Source of the DNA: Octopus vulgaris
Lineage: Eukaryota
Assembly (NCBI GenBank): GCA_951406725.2
Contig: OX597814.1
Coordinates: forward strand, 204,042,001-204,106,000
DNA length: 64,000 nt
Direction of reading: 5' to 3'
Shown piece after piece: positions 25,401 to 39,015 of this stretch. Positions within the stretch are counted from its first letter, which is position 1. Each line of letters begins with the position of its first letter. The position numbers and the translations under genes were made by a program. Below the pieces are notes generated by a model. That model was not told where the DNA came from. It saw only the letters and a list, made by a program, of their open reading frames with translations, and did not search any database.

Positions 25401-25959
25401 CAAAACACACACACACAGCCTCATGCACAGATGACATCACACTCATATCCTCCCACCATTCTCCACATGCAGCTGCTTGACTCCAACCCTGTTCAAATCA
25501 CCGAGAAACCCTGTTTTAAACAACAGACTTACTGTAGCACATGCCAAATTCACCATCTCCATTCACTGTAGAACACTAAATATAACCAACCACCATGCTC
25601 ATAAACATGCCAAACACACATACACACACACACGTGCCAGAAATTTCACACAACATCAATAAGTACAGAGAAACAAGGTTCCATCAAAATCACATCCTGC
25701 CATCTTAAGGAGTAATGTAATCCTATGAATAAAGACAAAATAGTCCCAACTAGAACCCCCTTGGTCATTGGTCTTGGCCAGGGATGACCTGGGGCTAAAC
25801 AACCCCCACTACACACAGACCTTTATGAATATAATTCATCAGCTGTTTACTTTGATACAAACATGTAAACAAAGGTGTCTGCTATGTAAACATGGATGTG
25901 AAAGAAGCACAACATTGTGTAAAAAGGAAATCTTCTCAATGAATCCAAAGAATTAAGAC

Positions 25960-26640
25960 AAATCAAAGACATTTAAAGAATTTGTTTTGCTCACCCACAC
26001 CTCATCCATTTCTAATTATTATTAGTTGAATAAGAGCCAATGTATTTATGGAAATTGCTTCATGGAAATATCCAATGAAATTATTTGTTAGTGGAGAGGG
26101 GTAGTGGGAATCATTGCAGATGTCTGTCACTGTTCACTGGATTTTAAAACATTCTTTAAACAAAGAAATTAAATAAATGGCTACACCACTAAGAATGGAA
26201 TGGGTTACCAAACATTTGTACAAATGATATACGACATCCTATGAGTCATACATGACATTCATGCAGTGATGCAATGATTAGCCCAGTGGAGACCTGTAAC
26301 TACTGATAGTATTGTTCAAAAATTATGATATAAAAATCTATACAAAAACCAAATAATGGGGACATGTGCAAGCTAGAAGAAATGCTATATCACTCATGAA
26401 AATATCTGAGATGGCAGAAAAATGAAAAAGACATTTACATTCCAGAGATAGCAAGTTTCAATGAATATTAATACATTAAAAATCTGGAATCTGGTTTACA
26501 TCAACAAAAGGTAAATCCAATAAGAGATTTTGGAGAAAAGTTCAATGAGTTGGTTTACTATGAGGACAATCTAATATTTCAGACTTGTGCTTCTTCAGAA
26601 ATGAAGAAACAAATGAAGGAGCGAAGTGTGAGCAATTACA
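25960..26640 (+). pseudogene. Decayed intronless protein-kinase-like pseudogene
   Basis: Ordered fragments in shifting frames: AHPHLIHF (~25989), VFMEIA (~26042), FVQMIYDIL*VIHDIH (~26215), GDL..TDSIV (~26288), YIPE (~26436), IWNLV (~26482). Order and most spacings fit kinase subdomains IV-IX. Confidence 0.4.
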
Positions 26641-26727
26641 AAGTCCTCCAAAGAAAATATGTAATTAAACTCCAATTTTTTGCTTTTTTTCCAAAGGTAA
26701 TATTTCCTTTATTGCCATTATTATAAA

Positions 26728-27160
26728 AGTGGTGAGCTGGTAGAATTGTTATTGTGACAGACAAAAAGCTATCAGTATTTCTTCCAGCTATAGGTTCCAA
26801 GTTCAAATCGCATGAAGGTTGACTTGGCTTTTCATCCTTTCAGGGTTGATAAAATAGGTATCAGTGGAGCACTGGGGTCAACATAACTATCCTCCTACCC
26901 TGAAACTTCAGGCCTTGTGCCTATAGCAGAAAATATAATTATCACCATCATTATGGTGACAAGTTGGCAGAATCATTACTGCACAGGACAGAATGCTTAG
27001 CAGCATTTCTTCTGACTCTTTACATTCTGACTTCAAATTCCACCAGGATCAACTGTCTTTAATCTTTTGGGGGTCAATAGGATAAGGACCAGTTCAGCAC
27101 TGAGAGAAATGTATTGAATTCCTCTTTCCTCAAAATTACTGGCCTTGTGCCTAAATTAAA
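26728..27160 (+). mobile_element. Two tandem copies of SINE family B (Nin/Deu-like central domain)
   Basis: Units start 'ggtgagctggtagaat' / 'ggtgacaagttggcagaatc', with B-box-like 'agttcaaatc' and 'ggcttttcatcctttcagggttgataaaataggtatcag'. Confidence 0.7.
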
Positions 27161-28187
27161 ATGAATTATAATCATAATAATCCTTTTAGGTGAAGGGGAA
27201 ATTTACAGTCACCATCTTTGAACAATATAATACAAAGAGAACAAGAAAAATGCACACACCTTTCTACACCTGCCTTTAATGATACTAATTTGTATAGATG
27301 CAGATGTACAAAGAAACTATCGCATTAAAAGACGAACCTAAATTTATAGACATTATTATTTTCAACATAATATAACGAGAAAATATATTCAGTAAATGCA
27401 GATATATCTGGTACTAAAAGTTCCACAGGAGAATATAAGAGTTACATAAGGATTCTATAATTCTTCCACATATGTGTATGTGCTTAAAAATACTTGTTTT
27501 TCTTTCATTTTTATTTGGTTAATCAAAATTTAATGGCATACAACAATAACATTTCCTTCTCAAGAATTAAAAAGATCTATCACAAGAATTACATTAAATT
27601 TACTCAATGCCATTAGGCAAAAATTCTCTTCATTTTACATACATCTGAAGAAAAGAAACTTAAAATCTCTGAAACACGCTTATTGGTATTATGTAAAAGT
27701 TTATATAGATAAGCAATGGCAACATGGAATTAGATAATTGTCTATAATCAATATTTAAGTATTATTACTGAAAACTAAAAGCTTATTAATCTATAAAATT
27801 TGAAATTAAAATACAAATTTTAAATATATTCATTTTAAAGATTTGAAAAATCAGGAGTGCACACACGTACACAAACACGCACATTGTAGTATCATCATCA
27901 TCATATAAGCATGCACTTTTCCATGTTTGAATGGGCCAGAGTTTACTGAGGCAGATTTTCTATGACTTAACCCCTTCCTCTCATCAGCCCTCACCTGTTT
28001 CCAAGCAAAATAATATTTATCCATGTCCAGCCAAGTTTCTGCTGAATATTGGAAAGGAATGACACTGCTTGTATGACAGTGTGACATGCATAACTATCAT
28101 TTAGTGTTAAGACAAACACATATAGAGGTACATATACAGATATGTGCATATATACACATACATATACACACACTTTGTGCGTGTGTA

Positions 28188-29460
28188 CTGGGTTGGCCAA
28201 AAAGTCCATTAGGGCCTTTAAACAAAAATAAAACAAGTTTTAAATACAAAGTGATTTATTCAATGGTACAATTACTGTTTTGCTCCAGTATCTTCTGCCA
28301 TCTTGTGGGCAGATCCATTATTTCATACTCAAAGAATTTCTTTATTTTAATAGCAAAAAAAACAACTCTTCCAGGTCAATTTTTATATCCTCTTCAGAAT
28401 TGTAGGTCTGTCCAGTCAATGTATTGTAAAGAAATCAAAATAAATTGAAATCTGACAGAACAAGGTCAGGTGAGTATGGAGGGTATGGCAAAACTTCACA
28501 GTCAAGCCCCAGTAACCTCTATCACAAAGAAGTGTACAGTCTGGCATTGTCAAGATGAAAAAGAATGCCCTTATGATTAGCAAATGGTTCGGCTGGACAC
28601 AGTTCACATCAAAATCGGTCGTCTTGTCCATGGGAAGGAGCTCATGAAGGACGACACTCTTCCAATTCCATTGGAAAGGTGTTGTCTTTCATGAGATTCT
28701 TATGTAATCAATCAAATTAAATACATATCCTTCTTCAGGCAAAAGTTCTGCTTTGGAGGTTGTTTGTGATGATTTGCTGTGCTTCCTCCTTTATTGTTTG
28801 CACTTCACATTGTTATAAATGATCCATATTTTATCCCGTCACCATTCTCTTCAAAACAGGACTACATTCTTCGTATTTCTGCAACAAATCCCAGATTGAA
28901 ATCCATTGGGTAAGGTTAGCCTCAATCAATTAACGTGAGATCTGAACCTCAAGCAAGATGTAACCAAGATGATACAAATGGTTTTCAACATTCAGTTTGG
29001 ATATTTGGCAATTGTCTGTGATCATATGACAAGGGTTGGTGTCAACTAACTACATTTTGTCACTTAATCTTAGTTGGCCAGCCAGAGAGAGAGGGTTGAC
29101 GTGAACCAAAAACTTTTTTTTATCATAATCTTGAAAACTATCTACATCTGGCACACAAGTTCCATAACAGCATCCTTCCATACACATTGCATATCTTCCT
29201 GCAGGTTTCCACCACTTTGCCTTTTTTTTATCAATAAGAAAGGTACAAGGTGTCCAATAATGTTCATTTTGGTTCTCCAATTTCAGGAGGATCCCCAGCA
29301 CAAAAATTATAACCAGTCTCATCGCAAGTTCATATTGAACTACATTGAAGTGTCAAGCATCTAACAAGGGCACATGTACAAGGGACAGACTGGAGTTAAG
29401 TACTTATTATGGTGCTTGAAGTTTAAGAAAAAAACTGAATGGATCTTTTGCCCAACTCAA
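28188..29460 (-). mobile_element. Full-length but degenerate mariner element (~1.27 kb)
   Basis: TA at 28186-28187 and imperfect TIRs (ctgggttggccaaaaagtccatt / aatggatcttttgcccaactcaa). Minus-strand motifs: ENQNEH (~29280), VTG..WIIYN (~28830), PYPPYSPDL (~28480). Confidence 0.85.
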
Positions 29461-29886
29461 CACACAAAGCTTCTTTCAGTTTCCTCTTCTCTCAAATCCA
29501 CTTACATGTTTCTGATTGGTTTGTGGACATAGAAGATACCATGCAATAGGACTGAATCCAAAACCATGTGATTGGAAGCAAACCTCTCACAGCATACAGC
29601 TACACCTGCATATTTATAAACAGTTTACCTGTCCTAAAACAATTTTTGGTAGAAGCAAAAACTTAGAATTTAGAATTCTAAAAGATATTTTCCAGGTTAT
29701 TCCAACTCAGTCGAAAATCTACAATAGCTAAGTGGTTGAAGAAACTACCTGAATGGTTATTTTTTTTAAGAATTCAAACATTGCAGCAACTACTGTTGCA
29801 ATAACTTGCATTAGTCTGCACAGCTAAGATCAGTTGCAAAAACACTTATTCCAAAATGTCCAACTTTGTAAATAAAATAATCTCAC

Positions 29887-29997
29887 CTGGTATTAGCATA
29901 GAAAAATGGCTACAAGACAAAATATTAGTCAGATAATTAACCTGGAACCAACAAACATGCTGGTAAAAAGAACAAAGGGGCAAAATTTTCCAAAAGA
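29887..29997 (-). other. Candidate exon (111 nt; an internal acceptor would give a 23-nt exon 29887-29909)
   Basis: Minus strand tatttattttcttaatgttgcAG|TCTTTTGG...ATACCAG|GTGAGA; one frame is open. Internal ctgactaatattttgtcttgtAG is a second acceptor. Confidence 0.35.
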
Positions 29998-30104
29998 CTG
30001 CAACATTAAGAAAATAAATACTTCAACTTTTTTATAATTCCAATATGGTGTTCCATTTCTGGATTTGTTTCTTTTCGAGGTCACATACTGATCCATCCAA
30101 CGAT

Positions 30105-30430
30105 AGTGTGTGTGAATTCAAGTATGTGCATGCGTATATGTGCATGTGAACACACATGCATGTTCATGTGTGAATGTGCATGCACATATGCATGTGTACA
30201 TGTGAATTCACATGCACATATGTGCGGGTGGGTGCACATATGCATGTGTACGTGTGAATGCACATGTACATGTGAATGTGCACATATGTGTGAACACGCC
30301 TGTGTGCATGAACACATGCATGTGCATGTGAGTGTGAATGCATGTGCATGTACATGTGTGAATGCATGCAAGCATGTATGAACACATACATGAATATGTG
30401 TTTGTGAATATTTTGCACATGAATGTGTGT
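30105..30430. repeat. Cryptic alternating purine-pyrimidine tract (scrambled TG/CA/TA)
   Basis: About 320 bp of motifs such as tgcatg, tgtgaa and cacata; it explains several spurious C/H/M-rich ORFs. Confidence 0.85.
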
Positions 30431-31119
30431 ATGTAGATAGATTGTATGTGTGTGGGTAGTTGTCTGTGAGCATATGCTTGTTTATCTTGACATCATGCAA
30501 TATTTGTAAATATGCATCACTGTCATACAATATCATTTGTTTCCAATATTCTGCACAAATATGTTCAGCTTGGAAACAGATGAAGATTAGTGACAGGAAG
30601 GGCATCCACCTGTAGGAAATCTGTCTCAACAAATTCTATCTGATCCATGCAAGCAGGGAAAATTGGACATAAAACTATGATGATGAAGTTATATGTATAT
30701 CTCATACATGAAGTATTATCTCCAAAGTTCAATGATGAGAGAGAGTTGTTATCATTAAATATTTAATGCTTCTTATTGGTTAGAATATTTTCAATATGAT
30801 TTTAAAAAAAAGAACTGGCAAAAACTGTTAAATGAAAAGACAAGAGATTAGTAAGAAACATTTCTTACATTTTCCAAACCTTAAATTCTTTTATGGTGGC
30901 AACCATCTTTTTCTAAAAATATTCTCCTTAATACATAAATGCCATTCGATAACAATACAACACATACACATTTTTCCATCTGCTAATTGATGCCTCGTCT
31001 TTCATAACAAGATTAATCAATCTCCTGACATTGATCAAAATTATCCACAATCTATTTAGCCTGTGTCCTACCATGGCCACAGCTGAAAGGCTGAATAGTA
31101 ATATACAGACAAGATTCAC

Positions 31120-31122
<3 letters not shown>

Positions 31123-31180
<58 letters not shown>
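31123..31180. repeat. (CT)n microsatellite (representative of many TA, CA, AG, TACA/GACA and ATC tracts, e.g. 1845-1871, 4487-4530, 34669-34752, 48750-48805, 49268-49398)
   Basis: Directly visible perfect repeats. Confidence 0.95.
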
Positions 31181-31185
<5 letters not shown>

Positions 31186-31909
31186 CACACACATACACAC
31201 ACACAGAAATAGCCATAATAATGAATTTTCTATATTTCTTAAGTGTATCCAATGAAATACAATTATTTTTCACAAATCACAATGGCAGATTGGCTAATAC
31301 ATTTGTTTTGCAACCATCTGGTTTTTGGTTTGATCCTATGCTACAACCCCAAGGGTAAATATCTTCTGCAAGAGTCCCACAGTGTGTGGAATTTGGGAGA
31401 TAGAAACTGTGGAAAGCCATTGTACACAAGTGTGTATTGGTTGGCACGGCCACAACGTGGGGTCCTAACCACTAGACGATCATGGAGGATGCTCTGTTTC
31501 TTTCAATTACTATAAATATAACAAAGAATTTAGTAAAATAACTTATCATTCAGCTAGCATTAGGAATATAAATTGTGACTAAGGTTTGGAAGATTTTGAT
31601 TCAAAACTTATGAAAACAAGACATTTGTACTCAGAGCCAGAGCCGGTTTCATCCGGGTTGGTAACAAAAGGGTTAATGTCCATTTTGTTTTTTGTTTATT
31701 TGGGGAGTTTGGCTTATTTTTTTCCATGTCAGAATTGGTTTGGACAGGAAATTCTCTGAGGTAGGATTTTTTCCCATTACCAAACTATGTTTAGTTGAAA
31801 GATGTCTTTGAAAGCATGGAACAACCAGTTATATCATCAACCTAACTACCACTTCTCTACTCCTACTGTGAATATACATTGATGCAGCATACTATCATTA
31901 ATTTAGCTA

Positions 31910-32284
31910 CTGACACGTAAAAGCACCATCCATTTCGTGGCCGTTTGCCAGCTCTGTCTGGCCTCCGTGTTGGTGGCACGTAAAAGCACCATCCGTTCGT
32001 GTCCGTTGCCAGCCTCGCCTGGCCCCGTGCCGGTGACACGTAAAAGTACCATCCGTTCGTGGCCGTTTGCCAGCTCTGTCTGGCACCTGTGCGGGTGGCA
32101 CGTAAAAAGCACCCACTACACTCATGGAGTGGTTGGCGCTAGGAAGGGCATCCAGCCGTAGAAACACTGCCAGATCTGACTGGGCCTGATGAAGCCTTCC
32201 AGCTTCACAGACCCCAGTTGAACCATCCAATCCATGCTAGCATGGAGAACGGACGCTAAATGATGATGATAATGATGATGATGA
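31910..32284 (+). mobile_element. Young RTE 3' UTR fragment with three ~61-bp tandem units and (GAT)n tail
   Basis: 'cacgtaaaagcaccatcc' recurs at ~31915, 31977, 32037 and 32099; CpGs are retained; it ends 'ggacgctaaatgatgatgat'. Confidence 0.8.
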
Positions 32285-34470
32285 CTGCTAGAGTAATGTA
32301 ATAACACTGTGACATAACAAAATTACACTTACTATTTAATAAAACTGACAAAATGAGTACAGTGAACTTGCCACAGGGAGGGGAAAATTCAACATTTCAG
32401 AGTCTTTCTACAGAGAAAAGGTGGACTGTTTGAAACATTGGATCTTCCACTCCCAACAGCAAGTTTTTTTGTTGACTTTACAAAATAATACAAGTCTTGC
32501 TAACGCAGAACACCAGTTTCTTTGGAGTAAATTTTACCATACTCTAAATTACTCTAAAAACAGCTAAACTCTACCTTTAAAAATAATGGTACACTAGACA
32601 GCCATAAGGAAATAGTACTGTTCAAAAGAATTTTCTGGTTGAATATATTTTTTCAAAGAGTAGTTATGCTCCAATAATTTTTTTTTTTGTTTTTAATCAA
32701 CACTTCAACTATTTTAAGAGCTGTTTGAGATTTTCTAAACCTCCTAATGAAACACTCAAGAACTAAAAATAGTTTCCAATACAGCTCCAAACTTTTAAGT
32801 GATTCTCCACTTTTGCTCAGTCAAAATTCTTCATTAATGCCAACAGACGAGGCTCATGATTTCAACACTTGATTTACTATATTGGAAGACAAACTGATAT
32901 TCCTTCATGTCAAGCATCTACAAAATTCCAAAGAGAAAAATTAACCAGCAGTGAATATCATTCCAATAGTATAGATTTTTATATATAAATAACCATTGAA
33001 CAGATAATTCAGAAAGTTAGAGCCACTGAGATAAGCAACATATAGTGGTTTTATTTTAAGAGACAGGAAATTTCAGGTAAATTGATTAATTGCTGTTTCC
33101 AAAAACACCACCAGCTTCTCAACGCTGACCACCTTCAACTGTTAATAATTTATTTTAGAAATTAATTACTACAAAAGTTATGGTTTGAACATTCACTTTC
33201 TGCATGATGAGGTTACTGTTATGATTTTTTTTTTTTTTACCAATATATTTGTGAATGGGTTTAGTTTTATATGAAACTAGTTATTTAAAGATTTCATATT
33301 TAAATTAAAAGTCAATATTTTGTGTAAGTGCTTTTTGCAAAGTTATGTTCCAAACATCAGCTTCATAAAATAAATCAATTATTTTACTAAACCCCTTCAA
33401 ATTCTTGATTTTCAAAGTCAATTGAAAGACATAAGCAGTGTATTTTATTAGAAACTGACCTTTAACCTTTCCCGACCCCACCTCTCTCCCTTCCTCTCCA
33501 TGTGTCATGCCTTATTTACAGGTGTTGGCAATCAGGATTTTTCTTGGAAAATATACAGCTGTGATTTCCTGTTGTCTTCAGACAATTTATTTCCAGTTTA
33601 CTGCTCCTCTAATGCTCTCACAAACTTACATTGAAGCACAAGGCCTATTTAATCCTTAGGTAGGGAGAGTATGTCTACACACTGGTGATATCAAGCCATG
33701 CCCATAAGTTATTTTGCGGCCAAATTTGAGTTTTTCGCTTTCTTCTGCCTCCTTTTTTGTCTGACCCATGGCATGTGCACAGTCCGACTAATTTTCCATG
33801 ATTATTCCATTCCAGGTGTGAAAACCAAAGTCCAATGAATATCAATTACTCTCATAAAAAGCTCCAACTAGCTCATAAACATCAAAACTGGCCCGGGCTG
33901 AAATGTGATAAGAAACTTAGCTCTTGATTTAGTGAGAAATATTTACTGTAACCCAGCAATGAACAACAAGCATTAGCACTAGACCCGACAACACTGGGTC
34001 ATAGTGCTAGTCATTTTATATTTCAGTAACTAACATGAAAATAATCTCATACAAACCACTTTCTATTCTACTACAAACGTTTGTCTTTTCCAAACTGATC
34101 ACTTTGATTAATACACAAATCTTGACCCACATGCTATGGAATCTATCATCAAGCAGGGTCGATAACTAACAAGTCATTGAAATTTATAGACAAGATATCT
34201 TTAAAATGTTCTTTGAATACGATTCACATGCATCAATACACATCATGTATGAAAGAACAAACAGGTTTCAACAAAAGGCCGCTTTTTTAGTTGTTGTATC
34301 ACAGAGTTGAGAGAAAAATCTAAAATATTAACTATCTTTACAGTAGACAATGCCTGAAGCTTTGATTTATGACGAAGGGAAGATGGACATTAAGATCACC
34401 AGGAAATATCTGTAAGTGAAACACCACAGAAAAATTTAAAGTTCAAAACTAAAATAGATAACACACACAT

Positions 34471-34536
<66 letters not shown>

Positions 34537-34669
34537 GCTATGCAGCAAAGAAGTCCGTTTTGCAAGCATCTGATTATAGATTCAGTAAGTGACTTCTACT
34601 ATAGCCCACAGGCTGTCCAATACCTTCTGAGTGGATTTGATGAATAGAAGATTTGTGGAAAGCCTGTTT

Positions 34670-34735
<66 letters not shown>

Positions 34736-37700
34736 TCTCTCTCTCTCTCTCTCACTACTTAATCAGTGATGGCTTGTTTGCATTCCTGTAACTTAGCAGT
34801 TTGGCAAAAGAGACCAGTAGAGTAAGTACCAGGCTTAAGAAGAGAAATAAATACTGGAATCAATTTATTCAACTAAACCATTCAATGCAGTGCCCCAACA
34901 AGGCTGCAATCCAATGACTGAAACAAAAATATACATCATCATTTAATGTTTATCTTCCATGGGATGGGCAGTTTTGACAGGATCCAATAAACCCAAGGAT
35001 TACATTAGGCTCCACTGCATTCTTTGGCATGGTTTCCATGACCGTTTGGCCCTTCCTAATGCCAACCACTTTATAGCATGTACATTGGTGCAATTTTTCA
35101 TGCCATCAGCACAATTGAAGTCATTAGGCAGCATCCAAGACTACAAACCCAGAGAGAAGCAACTTCATGCTAAACAATAAGAAGTGAAAGTACAAGAGAA
35201 GAAGACAGAGCCAAATAGATCTGTTTCACTTTCGAACCACAAAGTTTTGGCTTCAGGCCTACTGCACAGCACTTTGACCAAAGCTTTGTGAGTGGATTTG
35301 GTAGATAGAAATCAAAAGAAGCCCATCACCTGTGTGTGAGTATGTTTGTTTACTTTTACTCTTCTCTGAAAATTGCTGGGCTACAAACTGTGACGTTAAT
35401 GTCGTTTCTCCTGTCAAATTATTCACTGGCTTTGCAGCTTTGAAGACATATGGAATAAAAGATTTTTTACATGCAGAACTTGCAAGGGTTAGCAATAGGC
35501 AGAGTATCCAGCAGTATTCATCTAACCCATGCTAGAATGCAAAAAAAAAAAGAGATATAAAAAAAAGAAGAAAAACAAATGTAGATATATATATATATAT
35601 ATATATATATCATTGCTTTAATGTCCACTTTTCTATATGCTAGCATGGTTTGGAGTTTAAGGAGGCAGATTTTCTATGGCTGGATGACCTTCCTGTCGAC
35701 AACCCTCACCTCTTTCGAAGTGCACATGCACACATGCACTCATGCACACACACACACACACACAAAGTGTCATAACAGATTTGAGTTAAGGACATAACTA
35801 GGTATACATATCAAGAAGATATGAAGTAAAAGTTTCTATAACTTTTTTTTTTTACTGTGCTATTTGAATCTATCATTCTATACAGATTCCACAGGAAGGA
35901 CTGTCTAACATGAGGAGGTTAAACAGCCCATCAACTATATTGTTATGGAAATAATATCATCATTTAACATCTGTCTTCTATGCTGGCATGGGCTGGACAG
36001 TTTGTCAGGATCTGGTAAGCCAGAGAGCTGTAACTCCTTGGCTGGGAGATGTAGTGGTACTAAGAGAGGTAGCTTTGTGCCAGTTGAGAGTTTAAAGTAT
36101 AACTGAGGGAAATAGGTGTCTTACTATAGGGGAGATACTTGGTTACCCTAGGAGGAAAAGAAACGAGAGGAAGGACTGACAGACAGACAGACAGACAGAG
36201 AAATAGATGGTGTTGGATTTATATATAAATAAACCTCAATTCTGTTGCTGATTAAGATATTTCACTTTTCCACATATTTCAGCCACCTAAGATTAATTGC
36301 TTTATGCTCTTTGATTTCTTGGATGTCTGACAGCATTGTGGACGGTGATAATGATGACAGAATGATAATGACAAGGACAATATGAAATGTGTTAACAAAC
36401 AAATACTTTCTGATAATATGATTTCATATCTAGCTTGCTGTGCTGAATGCAATAGTAATAATCAAGATGTCTTATTCAGTGTCCAGTCTGCTTTAGGTGT
36501 GTATCTGGCAGTTTTAGTGATAAGTTCAATGTTTACATGTAATGATGATGGACTTAAACAGAAGAGAATGGCTATAATTTCTTAAAAGGATACATTCACA
36601 AAAGATCAAAAAGATTTATAAGAACCTGAATTGTCATTCATATATATATATATACAGCAGGAAAACAGAACCATCAATAACACTTTGCATATGTGCCTAA
36701 TATCATATTCAATTATATACCTAACATTTTATATAAGGCGTATATTTAGTGTATCTGGTATTGATTATTTTGACCTAAGTAATGAGAGAAACAGTTCAAT
36801 TCCCAATTAGAACATTTCTCGTTCATGTCAGGGAAGCCAATAATGCTGTTGCATCCCTTTATGTCTATATGAGAATCAATAGTGAAACACTTCACTTGTA
36901 ATACATTGTTAATGTCCTTACATTATAAGAAAAAGTCTCATCATCAAGGAGGTAAGACATAGAAATGGAAACAATGAATAAAATCCTAACAGAATTTTAA
37001 TCCTATCTTCTTCCCTGCTAAATAAACTTGTCTTCACTAAATTTATTTCAAAGTCTCTTGATCCTGAACTTAACTCTCACACCTGGAACTTTCACAACTG
37101 GAATTTTTTAAATTCTTCAACTGATACAGCTATGAGAACTGGGTTAATAGCATACAGAATTCTCCATGAACAACCAGTCCTTAACTTCCTCTGTTACAGC
37201 CTGGGGAACTACAATAAACAAGAGTGAGAACCAAGCATTAATAGACCTCAACCTGCATGCTAAATTCCTAATCAAACATGGGACTAACTATGCTGATGGC
37301 ATCACTCTACTTGACTTACAGCAATCTTGTATGTGACCACCAGACAAAAGAGTGAGATTCTGTTAGAGATCCTCTCTAGAACAACAACTTGCAGGCGTAG
37401 CAACTTGTTCTTTGCTAAGAACTTCTATAGTAGTCTCCCTAGGAAGAGGGGCATCAGTCAGACCCCCAAGTGCATCTCATCTAAGAGGATCCCCCACCCC
37501 TCCAATTAAGTATGCTATCACTTTCACAACAACATACATTATAGTAACATATTGTAACTTTGTATGCCTTAGTACAGAAAAGGCTGGAATCAAACTTTCT
37601 AATCATCCTTTCCAGAGAGATAAGATACAAGTCAGTAATTATTTAACCTCCTCCCTCTTTCTCTTCTTCTTAAAATTTCTCTTGAAATTGGAGAAGAAAT

Positions 37701-38454
37701 TAAATGAACAATTATCAAATATTTAACTGACCCAATCGATTGAGATCAATAAACTATCAGATTGAAATAAGTCCTTGGTTCGATATGACCAACTTAAAAC
37801 CTTACAAAACAGTCCTCCAGCATGGGCACAGTCCAGTGAGTGAAATCAATAGATGAGTAATAGGGTACAATCACATTAAGTTTTACAGAATTTTGTTTCT
37901 TTGCTCTTTTGTTCCAAGTTAAACTTCTACCAGATCAACTTTGTCTCTAATCCCTCAAAGAAATTCTAGAAACCTGTACTAATTATTATATATACATTGT
38001 GCAATTTTAAAGGAAACGATTTTTATGTAGGGAATATGGCTTCATGTTGGAACTACTTCACTTAAATTACTATTGCCCTTGAGGAAAACAAATTAAGTTA
38101 AAATTATATCATTTCTAAGAACTCTCACAGTAAATACATATAAAATGAAATGTTGCTATGGTTTCTTTAAGTAGAGGAGGATCAATGAAATCAAAGAAGT
38201 TAATAGATCATTTATGTGTATTGTATAAATGGTTAAGAATAGATTGCTGTGTGTTGAAAAGTCTGCTTTGCAACCATGTGGTTTCAGACAGTCCCATTAT
38301 GTAGCATCTTGGATAACAGTCTTCTACAATGGCCCTTGAACTAACCAATGCCTTCTGAATGAATTTGGTAAAAGAGAAACTGCAGGAAGCCTGTTGTGTG
38401 TACCATCATTTTACATCCGTTTTCCATACTTGCATTGAGTAGGATGATTTGACA

Positions 38455-39015
38455 TTGACCCCCATTGCTGGTATTTTATTTTATCAACCCTGAAAGAATG
38501 AAAGACAAAGTTGACCTTGGTGGGATTGAAACTTAAAACACAAGGAGTCATAAAAGTTGCCCCTTAACATTTTGTCAAAAATCCTAATGATTCTGCCAGC
38601 TGGTTTGTCTTATGGGTTTAAATTTTGGAGGGGGACAGGTCAATTACATCAACCCCAATACTTCACTTGTACTTTATTGAATCCAGAAGGATGAAAGGCA
38701 ACATGAACCTCAGTAGAATTTGAACTCAGAACAAAAAGAGCTAAAAGAAATGCTAAGTATTTTCTCTGATACACTGATCACTCTACCAGCTCACTGCCTT
38801 AATAATAATGGTTTCAAATTTTCAAGACTAGAAATTTGGATGGAAGGAGGTTAATCAATTACATCATCGCCAGTGGTCAATTGGTATTTATTTTATTAAT
38901 CCTAAAAAGGTGAATGACGAAGTCAATCTCAACAGAATTTAAACTCAGAGTGGAAGAGTGGAAGAAATGCCACTAAAAATTTTGTCCAACTTGCTCACGA
39001 TCCTGCCTGTAAGCC
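38455..39015 (-). mobile_element. Three tandem decayed copies of SINE family B
   Basis: Repeated reverse complement of the 26728-27160 units ('tttatcaaccctgaaagaatgaaagacaaagttgacc', 'atttgaactcag'). Confidence 0.65.

Noticed and set aside
30081-30632. Longest ORF (183 aa) and similar H/T/C/V/Y-rich ORFs (e.g. 49044-49419, 22314-22548)
   Set aside because: Translations of microsatellite or low-complexity DNA.
31915-32110. CRISPR-like regularly spaced repeats
   Set aside because: The 'spacers' are homologous to one another (a tandem minisatellite), the context is a eukaryotic retroelement, and there are no cas genes.
34347-34411. + strand exon-like segment TMPEALIYDEGKMDIKITRKY with GTAAGT donor
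   Set aside because: Isolated, on the strand opposite the inferred transcript, needs the distal NAGNAG acceptor and has no recognisable homology; compatible with chance.
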